Source: Chloroflexota bacterium
GTDB taxonomy: Bacteria > Chloroflexota > Limnocylindria > Limnocylindrales > CSP1-4
Direction of reading: 5' to 3'
DNA: 34,980 nucleotides
Assembly (NCBI GenBank): GCA_003158495.1
Contig: PMJT01000179.1
Coordinates: 906-35,885 of the forward strand
Shown: piece after piece, positions 24,853 through 32,394 of the stretch
How positions within the stretch are numbered: position 1 is the first letter of the stretch
Layout of the letters: every line of letters starts with the position of its first letter
The notes under the pieces: model-generated
Told to the model about the DNA's origin: nothing
The model's database searches: none
Seen by the model: the letters and a program-made list of their open reading frames with translations, nothing else
Position numbers and translations under genes: made by a program

Positions 24853-26373
24853 TCACAATGCTCGCTGAGAATACTGAATGGTAGCCATGGAATGCGCGGG
24901 AATAGTGCCGCAGGACGCACCCGCGGCTGTCCTGTGAAGCTCGAGCGCTCGGGGCGAAACGCGGTCCGGCGATTGGGCCGAGTTGACCGCATCCGCCGTG
25001 TCTGCCGTGAGTACCAGGCTCCAGTCCACGTTGCCGGGACAGTGGATCTCCACGTCGGCGGCGTTGCGGAAGTCGCGGTTGACGATTGTGACCGCGGTGC
25101 CGGCCTCTTTGCGCGATGCGGTGGCGCTGACGGCCCGGCCACCCGCCGGCAGCGCCGCGCTGGCAACATCCACCTCGATGGCGTCGGCGCCGATGTGCGG
25201 CCGGTGGAGTGCGAAGGCGTGGTAGGTGGGCGTCTTCACGCAGCTCGCCCCGTCCGTGACGATGACCGACTGAAGGACGTTGACGACCTGGGCCAGATTG
25301 GCCATCGAGAGCACGGCACACTGCCTGTGGAAGCCCTCGAAGGCGATGGCGACGGCCAGGGCGTCCCGAAGCGTGTTCGACTGTTCGAACGTGACCGGCG
25401 TGCGCCGGGGTACGTCGCCGGGTCCCCAATTGCGGGCCTCCGGATGCCAGACGCCGTATTCGTCCAGCGCGACCCGCGCTCGATGCCCCGCGGGAGCGAA
25501 GTGGGCCAGCCGTGCGGCCGTCCGCTGGATCAGGCTCTCGGTCGACTCTGCCTCGGTCAAGAGCGTGTAGTAGTCTTCCTCGTCGAAGCCCGTCTCCGCG
25601 CCACCCCTGATCCAATAGCGGTGGATCGAGAGGTGGTCCATGAGGCCGACGTTGGGGCCGAGCGCTTCGAGGAACCGGACATTCCAGTCCCGGTCCAGCA
25701 TCGACTCGGGCAGCGGCTCGTCTTCCATACCGACGGCCACGAGTTCCACGTTGGGATCGATGTGGCGCAGCATCGTCGCGTAGCGCCTGTACTCGTGGGC
25801 GTAGGCCGCCGCGTCGTAGCGGCCGCCGCAGTCCCACGTCTCGTTGCCGATGCCCCACAGCCGGACGCCCCATGGCTCGGGGTGGCCGTTGGTGGCCCGA
25901 AGTCGCGTCAGGCTGGAGTCCGCGCCGACGTTGACGTACTCGAGCCACTCGCACGCTTCCTGGATCGAACCCGTCCCCACGTTGACGGCAAGGTACGGTT
26001 CCGCGCCCAGTCGTTCTGCCAGCGCCATGAACTCGTGGGTACCGATGCCGTTCGTATCCGGCTCCAGCTGGCCGCACGAAGTGTTGAGCGTCGTTGGCCG
26101 GGACTCCGGCGCGCCGATTCCGTTGCGCCAGTGGTAGTGATCCGCGTAGCAGCCGCCGGGCCATCGGAGCAGCGGTACCGGCAGTTCCCTGAGCGCGGCC
26201 ACGACGTCCGTTCGGGGCCCATCGACCGCGGCCGCGCCCTTGCTCGCAGCAGAGTCGCCTGCCCAGATGCCGCCGTAGCAGCATCGGCCCAGGTGCTCGG
26301 CAAAGTGGCCGTAGAGGCGGGGCGAAATGGCGCCCAGCGGCTCCTCTCCGACACTGATCGAGGCTTGCGGCAC
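24853..26373 (-). CDS. abfA: Alpha-L-arabinofuranosidase, glycoside hydrolase family 51
   Basis: IYGxFxEHLGR-like RLYGHFAEHLGRCCYGGIW, LRWPGGCYADHYHWRNGIG, acid/base region WGIGNETWDCGG, nucleophile region ALDEYGVWH. GTG 26373 is preferred (AAGGGA 6 nt upstream). Codons between 26439 and 26373 are AT3-rich and look non-coding. Confidence 0.85.
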   Translation of the reverse strand: MPQASISVGEEPLGAISPRLYGHFAEHLGRCCYGGIWAGDSAASKGAAAVDGPRTDVVAALRELPVPLLRWPGGCYADHYHWRNGIGAPESRPTTLNTSCGQLEPDTNGIGTHEFMALAERLGAEPYLAVNVGTGSIQEACEWLEYVNVGADSSLTRLRATNGHPEPWGVRLWGIGNETWDCGGRYDAAAYAHEYRRYATMLRHIDPNVELVAVGMEDEPLPESMLDRDWNVRFLEALGPNVGLMDHLSIHRYWIRGGAETGFDEEDYYTLLTEAESTESLIQRTAARLAHFAPAGHRARVALDEYGVWHPEARNWGPGDVPRRTPVTFEQSNTLRDALAVAIAFEGFHRQCAVLSMANLAQVVNVLQSVIVTDGASCVKTPTYHAFALHRPHIGADAIEVDVASAALPAGGRAVSATASRKEAGTAVTIVNRDFRNAADVEIHCPGNVDWSLVLTADTADAVNSAQSPDRVSPRALELHRTAAGASCGTIPAHSMATIQYSQRAL

Positions 26374-26761
26374 GGACTTTCCCTTGCTGACGGGCACATC
26401 GCGGCAGCAATCCATGCTGCATGCAAACGATTGAAGCATAGCATTGCAGCGGCAAACGAGGTCGCTTTCGGCGACCTAGTTCCGCCTCGAATTCAGCGGC
26501 GATCGGCCCGGGTCCGGCTGGTCTCGGCGTCAAATCCCTGAAACTTCGTGTTGCAGGCCGGCGACGGGCCGCCTTTCAGGTTGAATGCCCAAACTGTCGC
26601 AAACGTAGCCGCTCGAAGCCCGCGGCTCCGTGCAGACCTCGGAGCGACCCCGCAACCGGTCGACCGTCCTGGACGCCGAACAGCGCCAGCGCCGCCCTCG
26701 CTGCTGCGCTCGGAAGCAGTTCGCTGGGCCTGACTTTCGATGCGAGCGCGCGGCGTGATCC

Positions 26762-26799
26762 TTCAGATTAGGCAAATAGTTAATTCAGCATAGCTTCAG
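26762..26799 (+). promoter_or_regulatory. Three TTCAG direct repeats phased at 22 and 11 bp in an AT-rich patch upstream of the MacA-like operon
   Basis: TTCAG at 26762, 26784 and 26795, read directly, about 105-140 nt upstream of ATG 26904. Same-face direct repeats resemble OmpR/PhoB-type response-regulator sites. Confidence 0.35.
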
Positions 26800-26903
26800 T
26801 GCGAGGGGCCATACCTTGCGCCAATGGGCCCCTACTCCGACCCCGGGCCCGCTCCCACTCAGCGCGAGTTGAAGTGACGGTCGGACGCGAGAGGCAGCGA
26901 AAC

Positions 26904-28412
26904 ATGAAGGTAAGGTTGGCGGCAATCGCCATGATCATGGTCGGGGTGGGGGCGGTCGCCCTGGTCGTGGTCGGCCCGGCGATCGGGGCTTCGTCCAGTT
27001 CGCAATACATAACCGCGACCGTAAGCACGGGAACCGTCAGCGCCACTTCGGTGGCCACAGGGACCGTCGCCGCGAGCACCGTCTACGGGCTCGTCTTCGG
27101 CGACACGGCCGCAATCGTCAGCACGGTCGCGACAACGTCGGGCAGCGGCGGTACGACCAGCAGCAGCGCCGGCGGCTCGCTGACGTGGCCGGTCCTCACC
27201 GTGTCGGCATCAGTCGGCCAGCAGGTCACCAAGGGCACCGTCCTTGCAACCGCTGATTCGACCGCCGCCCAGCTCGCCCTCACCTCTGCCCAGGCGACGC
27301 TCGCGTCGGACCAGTCCAAGCTCTCTACGGACCAGAGCGGCGCGACCTCCCTTACGCTCGCGGAGGCGAAGAACAGCCTCAGCCAGTCGTCCAACAGCTA
27401 TTCGCAGGCCAGGTCGAGCGCGACCAACACCTACGCTCAGAACGCCCTCAAGCTGTCCCAGGCCCAGGCGGCCGTGACGGCGGCACAGAACCAGCTCAGC
27501 GCGGACACAACCGCCAACGCAGGGGCCACGGTCATCTCCAAGGACCAGGCCGCCCTCGCGACGGCCCAGCAGAACCTTTCGTCGACGCAGCTGAGCGTCA
27601 ACCAGTCGAACCAGCAGGCGTCCCAGTCGGTGACCAACGCGTCGCTGAGTTACCAGGCGGCCCAGCTCGCTTACCAGTCGAAGGTGGCTCCGGCCACGAC
27701 CGCGACGATCCAGGCCGACCAGGCCACCGTTGCCTCGGCTCAGGCCGCGGTCGACGCGGACCAGGCGGCGGTCAATGACGCGACGCTCACGGCCCCGGCC
27801 GACGGACTGATCATCGCGGTCAACGTCCTGCCGGGCGTGAACGCTCCCAGCGGCTACGCGATCGAGGAATCGGTCGGGCCGATGGTCGCCAACGCCGCCT
27901 TCGCCGAGTCCGATATCGCCAACTTGAAGGTCGGCCAGAGCGCCACGGTCTCCGTCTCCGGAGCCGGAGTGTCGGTCCCCGGAACTCTCAAGGAAATCGT
28001 GCCAGTGGCGTCGTCCTCGAGCGGCGCCAGCAGCGTGGCGACCTACGCAGTCGCGGTGACACTGACCAGCCCTCCGGCGACCGTCCTTGCGGGCATGAGT
28101 GCAACGATCACGGTCACGACCGCATCGGTTGACAACGTCCTGAGAGTGCCGGCCACGGCACTGCAGGGTTCCGCCGCCGCGGGATATAGCGTCCAGGTTC
28201 TCAACGGCGACGGTAGCATCTCGACTCAAGCCGTCCAGGTCGGTCTCGTGACGACGTCGATGGCGCAGATAACCAGCGGGCTCAGCGCCGGTCAGTCGGT
28301 CGTGACCGGAACGGTCTCCGCGAAGAACAACACCACCACCGGCGCGAGCAGCGTCAGCGGTATCAACTCCCTGACGGGCGGCGGCCTCTCCGGCGGCGGG
28401 TTCGGACGATGA
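26904..28412 (+). CDS. HlyD/MacA-type periplasmic adaptor (membrane fusion) protein with a long Gln/Ser/Ala-rich coiled-coil hairpin
   Basis: N-terminal anchor MKVRLAAIAMIMVGVGAVALVVVGPAIG, about 200 aa of heptad-like low-complexity helix, then beta-barrel segments (LTAPADGLIIAVNV, VLRVPATAL). Its stop overlaps the next ATG as ATGA. Confidence 0.8.
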   Translation: MKVRLAAIAMIMVGVGAVALVVVGPAIGASSSSQYITATVSTGTVSATSVATGTVAASTVYGLVFGDTAAIVSTVATTSGSGGTTSSSAGGSLTWPVLTVSASVGQQVTKGTVLATADSTAAQLALTSAQATLASDQSKLSTDQSGATSLTLAEAKNSLSQSSNSYSQARSSATNTYAQNALKLSQAQAAVTAAQNQLSADTTANAGATVISKDQAALATAQQNLSSTQLSVNQSNQQASQSVTNASLSYQAAQLAYQSKVAPATTATIQADQATVASAQAAVDADQAAVNDATLTAPADGLIIAVNVLPGVNAPSGYAIEESVGPMVANAAFAESDIANLKVGQSATVSVSGAGVSVPGTLKEIVPVASSSSGASSVATYAVAVTLTSPPATVLAGMSATITVTTASVDNVLRVPATALQGSAAAGYSVQVLNGDGSISTQAVQVGLVTTSMAQITSGLSAGQSVVTGTVSAKNNTTTGASSVSGINSLTGGGLSGGGFGR

Positions 28413-29107
28413 GCAGCCTTGCAGCTGAACCCATCATCACCCTCGACGAAGTCAGTCGCGTGTACGACCTGGGCAAGGTCCAGGTACCGGCCCTCAACGA
28501 TGTGACCCTGAATGTCGCCAACGGCGAGTTCCTCGCCATCGTCGGACCGTCCGGTTCGGGCAAGTCCACGATGATGAACATCCTGGGGTGCCTGGACCGC
28601 CCGACATCCGGGCGCTACGTCCTCGACGGCCAGCCGGTCGACGAACTGGACGACGACGGCTTGGCTCTCGTCCGAAGCCGCTCGATCGGCTTCGTGTTCC
28701 AGAGCTACAACCTCCTGCCTCGAACGAGCGCTCTCGAGAACGTGGCCACGCCCTTGATGTACCAGGGCGTCGGCCGCAAGGAGCGGCTGCGCCGGGCGCA
28801 GTCCGCGCTCGAGCGGCTCGGCCTGGGCGATCGTCTGCACCACATCCCATCGGAACTCTCCGGCGGCCAGCAGCAGCGCGTCGGCATCGCCCGGGCGCTC
28901 GTGACCGAACCGGCCCTGATCCTCGCCGACGAGCCCACCGGCAACCTCGACTCCCATTCGGGCGCGGAGGTCCTCGAACTGTTCGGCGACCTGCACGCGC
29001 TGGGCCGGACGATCGTTCTCATCACCCACGACGGCGCCGTGGCCGCGGCTGCCGACCGGGCCGTCCATCTTCGAGACGGTCAGATCCAGGAAGCGGTGCG
29101 CGAATGA
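28409..29107 (+). CDS. MacB/LolD-type ABC transporter ATP-binding protein
   Basis: Walker A GPSGSGKST, FVFQSYNLLPRTSALENV, signature LSGGQQQRV, Walker B LILADEPTGNLD, H-loop ITHD. ATGA overlaps at both ends. Confidence 0.92.
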   Translation: MSSLAAEPIITLDEVSRVYDLGKVQVPALNDVTLNVANGEFLAIVGPSGSGKSTMMNILGCLDRPTSGRYVLDGQPVDELDDDGLALVRSRSIGFVFQSYNLLPRTSALENVATPLMYQGVGRKERLRRAQSALERLGLGDRLHHIPSELSGGQQQRVGIARALVTEPALILADEPTGNLDSHSGAEVLELFGDLHALGRTIVLITHDGAVAAAADRAVHLRDGQIQEAVRE

Positions 29108-30306
29108 AGGTCACCGATCTCGTAGGGCTTGCGCTTTCGCGCCTGGGCACCGGCAAGCTGCGGACCGCGCTGACGATGCTCGGCATCATCATCGGCGTGG
29201 CCTCCGTGGTGGCACTCGTTAGTGTTGCCGAAGGCGCCACGGCCGGTATCAGCAACCAGCTCCAGTCACTGGGAACGAACCTCGTGACAGTGAGCCCCGG
29301 CGCGGTCCGGACGGGGGCGACGCGAGGAGCAGCCGGCTCGGCCACAACTCTCACCCTCGCAGACGCCACCGCGCTGGCCGGCCTCGCCGACGTGCAGGCG
29401 GTGGCCCCGGAGCTGACGACCAACAAGCTCGTCGTCGTGGGGTCGCAGAACGAAACGGCCCGCGTCGTCGGCACCACGCCCGGCTATCTCCCGGTCTTCG
29501 CCTACCAGGTCTGGGTGGGATCGTTCCTCAGCCAGTCGGCGGTCGACAACAACCTCCGCGTGGCCGTGATCGGGGCGACGACCGCGACCAACCTCAGCCT
29601 GACCCAGGCTTCGATCGGCTCGACCATCGATGTCGGCGGCCTGCCGTTCGAGTTGATCGGGATCCTCCAGCCTAAGGGCGGGACGACGACGGCGGACGAT
29701 CAAGTGATGATCCCGCTATCGACGGCCCACGAGCTCCTCGTCGGCAGCAACAGCGTCTCGGCCATCGGCCTGAGCGCAACCAGCCAGGACGCCATAAACA
29801 CCGTCTCGGCCGAGATCACCTCGACGCTCGAGCAGCGACACGGCATCACCAACGGCGTGGACGACTTCTCGATCGCCACGCAGGCGCAGTTGCTCGGAAC
29901 CGTCGGCAACGTCAGCGGTGTGCTGACGCTGCTGCTGGCCGGCATCGCATCCATATCGCTGCTGGTCGGCGGCATCGGGATCATGAACATCATGCTGGTC
30001 TCGGTCCGGGAGCGGACGCGCGAGATCGGCATCCGCAAGGCCATCGGTGCCCGAGGCCGCGACATCCTCTCGCAGTTCCTGGTCGAGGCACTGGCACTTT
30101 CCCTTGCCGGCGGCCTGATCGGCATCGGTGTCGGCGTGATCGCCTCGTTCGGGATCGGCACTTACGCCGGCTGGGGCTTCATCTTCAACCCGGCGACCGT
30201 GGCCGTCGCGGTCGGCTTCAGTCTCATCGTCGGGATCGTCTTCGGCGTCTGGCCCGCCAGCCAGGCTGCTCGACTCGACCCCGTCATCGCCCTTCGATAC
30301 GAGTAG
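29104..30306 (+). CDS. MacB-type ABC transporter permease (MacB_PCD + FtsX domains)
   Basis: MKVTDLVGLALSRLGTGKLRTALTMLGIIIGVASVV N-terminus, an extracytoplasmic domain, then the FtsX C-terminus (GGIGIMNIMLVSVRERTREIGIRKAIGA ... PASQAARLDPVIALRYE). The upstream 172 aa of the track ORF are a shadow. Confidence 0.9.
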   Translation: MKVTDLVGLALSRLGTGKLRTALTMLGIIIGVASVVALVSVAEGATAGISNQLQSLGTNLVTVSPGAVRTGATRGAAGSATTLTLADATALAGLADVQAVAPELTTNKLVVVGSQNETARVVGTTPGYLPVFAYQVWVGSFLSQSAVDNNLRVAVIGATTATNLSLTQASIGSTIDVGGLPFELIGILQPKGGTTTADDQVMIPLSTAHELLVGSNSVSAIGLSATSQDAINTVSAEITSTLEQRHGITNGVDDFSIATQAQLLGTVGNVSGVLTLLLAGIASISLLVGGIGIMNIMLVSVRERTREIGIRKAIGARGRDILSQFLVEALALSLAGGLIGIGVGVIASFGIGTYAGWGFIFNPATVAVAVGFSLIVGIVFGVWPASQAARLDPVIALRYE

Positions 30307-30315
30307 GACTTCGAA

Positions 30316-30849
30316 ATGGACGCAAGCAGAAGACCTCAGGACGCTTCCTTGAAGCCGGCGAAGCAGCCGGCAAAGTCCGACCGAACGACGATCGCGCTGG
30401 TCCTCGTGGCCGCCCTCGTGGCAGTCGGCGGCATCGGGTTCGCCATCGGCCACGTGACCGCCCCGAGCGCGGTTGCCGCCAACGCAGCCGGACGGGCCGC
30501 CTTCGCCCGGCCGTCCCTGGCTCCCGGCCAGACGTTCAATCCGAGCACGGTTGCCGGGCGTGGCCTCGGCAGCGTTGCCGGCGGCATCAGCGGGACGGTC
30601 CAGTCGATCAACGGCACCACGATGACCGTCCAGGAAGCCAACGGCACGGTCGTGACCGTCGACCTCTCCGGGACGACTACCTACCACGGTGAGACGACCG
30701 CGAGCCCGAGCGCCATCCAGGTTGGAACCGGCGTCACAGTCCAGATCGACACCGCGGCGCTGGCCAGCCAGACACCCGTTCCAAGCGCCTCCGGTGCCCT
30801 CGGCGGACGCACGCTGACGGCCGCCAGCATCCTCATCACCCAGCCATAG
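30316..30849 (+). CDS. Membrane-anchored hypothetical protein with beta-rich GT(V/M)xxxxG repeats (DUF5666-like)
   Basis: AGGA lies 7 nt upstream. Single TM span TIALVLVAALVAVGGIGFAIG. Extracytoplasmic segments GTVQSINGTTMTVQEANGTVVTVDLSGTTTY and VGTGVTVQID. Sits between the MacB permease and the response regulator. Confidence 0.6.
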   Translation: MDASRRPQDASLKPAKQPAKSDRTTIALVLVAALVAVGGIGFAIGHVTAPSAVAANAAGRAAFARPSLAPGQTFNPSTVAGRGLGSVAGGISGTVQSINGTTMTVQEANGTVVTVDLSGTTTYHGETTASPSAIQVGTGVTVQIDTAALASQTPVPSASGALGGRTLTAASILITQP

Positions 30850-30865
30850 ACGCATGGAGCCGGTC

Positions 30866-31264
30866 ATGAACCCGCTTGTCGTCGAGGATGACGCCCGCCT
30901 GAACCGCCTTCTGCGGCGACTGCTGAGCCAGGATCGAAACCTGGTGGAGACGGCCATGACGGCCGAGGAGGGATTGGCTGCCGCCGGCGCCAATCTCGCT
31001 TTCGACGCGATCATCCTCGACGTCGGCCTGCCGGACCGGTCCGGCCTGGACGTGGCGAGAACACTCAGAAGGGGCGGCTCGACCGTCCCGATCCTGTTCC
31101 TCTCCGCGCGCGACTCCGTCGGCGATCGAGCCGCCGGCTTCGATGCCGGCGCCGACGACTACATGGTCAAGCCCTTCTCTTACGAGGAGCTGCTGGCCAG
31201 GTTGCGCGCGCTGGTTCCGCGTCCGCCATCCCCCACCGCGGGGCCGCTCAAGGCCGGCGCCTGA
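30866..31264 (+). CDS. Response regulator receiver domain only (OmpR-family-like REC, no DNA-binding domain)
   Basis: ATG 30866 lies 6 nt after GGAG (alternative ATG 30854). VVEDD acidic pair, phospho-acceptor ILDVGLPD, conserved S/T (LFLSA) and K (MVKPF), alpha5 LLARLRAL. Ends in a Pro-rich linker where OmpR-type proteins continue into a winged helix. Confidence 0.8.
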   Translation: MNPLVVEDDARLNRLLRRLLSQDRNLVETAMTAEEGLAAAGANLAFDAIILDVGLPDRSGLDVARTLRRGGSTVPILFLSARDSVGDRAAGFDAGADDYMVKPFSYEELLARLRALVPRPPSPTAGPLKAGA

Positions 31265-31271
31265 CGGCGAG

Positions 31272-31299
31272 GCGGCGCTCGACAGGGCGCCGCATATTT
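31272..31299 (+). terminator. Terminator-like hairpin after the REC gene
   Basis: GCGGCGC-tcgacagg-GCGCCGC (7-bp perfect stem) followed by ATATTT. Confidence 0.45.
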
Positions 31300-31360
31300 G
31301 CGGACGGCCCTCGACGAGAAACCAGCCAAGCGTGAGCGGGGCTGCTACTATCGCATCCGT

Positions 31361-31402
31361 GCCGACATGGCTCAGCGGTAGAGCAGCTGCTTCGTAAGCT
31401 GC
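31361..31402 (+). pseudogene. tRNA 5'-half fragment (acceptor 5' strand, D-arm, CGT-containing loop; no matching 3' stem, T-arm or 3' acceptor)
   Basis: GCCGACATGGCTCAGCGGTAGAGCAGCTGCTTCGTAAGCTGC aligns with the first ~42 nt of the adjacent tRNA-Thr (GCCGCCTTAGCTCAGTGGTAGAGCAGCGGTTTCGTAAACCGC). GCTGC after the loop does not pair with GCTGC before it, and no GTTCGAATC T-loop follows. Confidence 0.45.
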
Positions 31403-31414
31403 TTCCCGCCTCTG

Positions 31415-31489
31415 GCCGCCTTAGCTCAGTGGTAGAGCAGCGGTTTCGTAAACCGCAGGTCCTGGGTTCGAATCCCAGAGGCGGCTCCA
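31415..31489 (+). tRNA. tRNA-Thr (anticodon CGU), CCA encoded
   Basis: Manual cloverleaf: GCCGCCT/AGGCGGC acceptor, GCTC-AGTGGTA-GAGC D-arm, GCGGT-TTCGTAA-ACCGC anticodon arm (CGT at positions 34-36), AGGTC variable loop, CTGGG-TTCGAAT-CCCAG T-arm, discriminator T, then CCA. Confidence 0.93.
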
Positions 31490-31535
31490 CTCCCCGGACC
31501 CGGTCCGGGCCGCGGCTTGCCCGTCCGAGCCGACG

Positions 31536-32303
31536 CTACGCCGCCCGGATCTCCAGCACGGACTTGATGGCGGCGTGGAATGCGTCGCAATCGCAGATCC
31601 AGAAGAAGAGCTGCTGACCGACGGGCGTGGCCGCGGGAACCCAGTAGACCATCTGCAGGCGGACCCTATGGCCCGGCGCGATGACCGGGCCTATGGCCGG
31701 GCAGTTCAGCAGGTATGTGACCCCTCCGCCGACCTCGTTGTCCGGCATGTCGAAGATCGACTGCTTATAGCCGGGGCACGGATCCAGCGGGGCGGGAGTG
31801 TCGCCGGTGTTGGTGAGAACGATGGAGTAGTTCATCGACCCGCCGGCGACCGCAAAAGCGGGCAAGTCGATCTCGCTCACCTGGATATCGAAAAGCCACA
31901 GCGGCGGACGGACACTGGCCGTCGGAACGCTCGGTAATGGTGTGGCGTCCGTCCAGGAGATGAGTGGACTGGACGACGGTTCGGCCGAAGCGACCGTCGA
32001 CAGGGGCTCGCTCGACGCCGGTTCGGCCGATTCGACCTTCGACACCGGCTCGCTCGACACCGGCTCAGCCGACAGGCTCGGTTGCGCCGACGTCACGGCC
32101 GATTGCGATCCAGCCCCACTCGGCTGCGATCCGGTCGTCTGGCCGGGCAGGTAGCGCGACGCGCCCATCGCCACTGTTGCCATCGCGACGACAACCAGGA
32201 TGGCCAGCGCGGTGACCGCCGGCTTCCGACCGCTCAGTCGAGCCCGAAAGACGACTTGATCGGCGCTATCGGCATGACCGCTCGCGAAGGCCTCGTCCCT
32301 CAT
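31536..32303 (-). CDS. Membrane-anchored hypothetical protein with Ser/Glu/Pro tandem-repeat linker and Cys-containing beta-sandwich C-terminus (DUF4232-like)
   Basis: ATG 32303 lies 6 nt after GGGGAGGA. TM span AVTALAILVVVAMATVAMGA. 14-aa repeats SAEPVSSEPVSKVE / SAEPASSEPLSTVA. C-terminal VAGGSMNYSIVLTNTGDTPAPLDPCPGYK resembles the DUF4232 pattern, recalled from memory. Confidence 0.6.
   Translation of the reverse strand: MRDEAFASGHADSADQVVFRARLSGRKPAVTALAILVVVAMATVAMGASRYLPGQTTGSQPSGAGSQSAVTSAQPSLSAEPVSSEPVSKVESAEPASSEPLSTVASAEPSSSPLISWTDATPLPSVPTASVRPPLWLFDIQVSEIDLPAFAVAGGSMNYSIVLTNTGDTPAPLDPCPGYKQSIFDMPDNEVGGGVTYLLNCPAIGPVIAPGHRVRLQMVYWVPAATPVGQQLFFWICDCDAFHAAIKSVLEIRAA
31978..32085. 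repeat. About 2.5 copies of an imperfect 42-nt tandem repeat inside the DUF4232-like gene
   Basis: Units 31978-32019 and 32020-32061 (ggttcggccga[a/t][g/t]cgacc[g/t]tcgaca[gg/cc]ggctcgctcgac[g/a]cc) plus a partial third unit. Encodes the 14-aa SAEPxSSEPxSxVx repeat on the minus strand. Confidence 0.6.
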
Positions 32304-32394
32304 TGCTGGTCCTCCCCAATGCAGGCCCACAAGACGCGCAGGGGCCGCTGGATGGGGCGCGGGTCGGCGTCGCGGCGCTCCACGGCCGGTTCGG

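Noticed and set aside
24826-26541. 571-aa (+) and 564-aa (-) ORFs overlapping the arabinofuranosidase gene
   Set aside because: Both translate to Arg/Gly/Pro-rich low-complexity sequence. The third ORF (24853..26439) has unmistakable GH51 motifs.
26536-26580. Inverted repeat CCTGAAA...TTTCAGG and hairpin AGGTCGC-TTTCG-GCGACCT (26458-26476) in the abfA/macA intergenic region as terminators or an sRNA
   Set aside because: No gene ends nearby on either strand, there are no convincing U-tracts, and small ORFs there (26530..26775, 26548..26733) look non-coding. The evidence is insufficient to call a feature, and they may simply be part of the abfA 5' leader.
28588-29103. N-terminal 172-aa extension of the FtsX permease ORF (28588..30306)
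   Set aside because: The extension is Arg/Pro-rich and overlaps the ATPase gene out of frame. ATG 29104 forms an ATGA overlap with the ATPase stop and starts a canonical MacB permease N-terminus.
31265-31535. Integrated mobile element or genomic island at tRNA-Thr
   Set aside because: No integrase, transposase, excisionase or direct repeat of the tRNA 3' end is visible on either side within the window. Only a 5' tRNA fragment and a truncated regulator are present, so I report a rearrangement scar rather than a mobile element.
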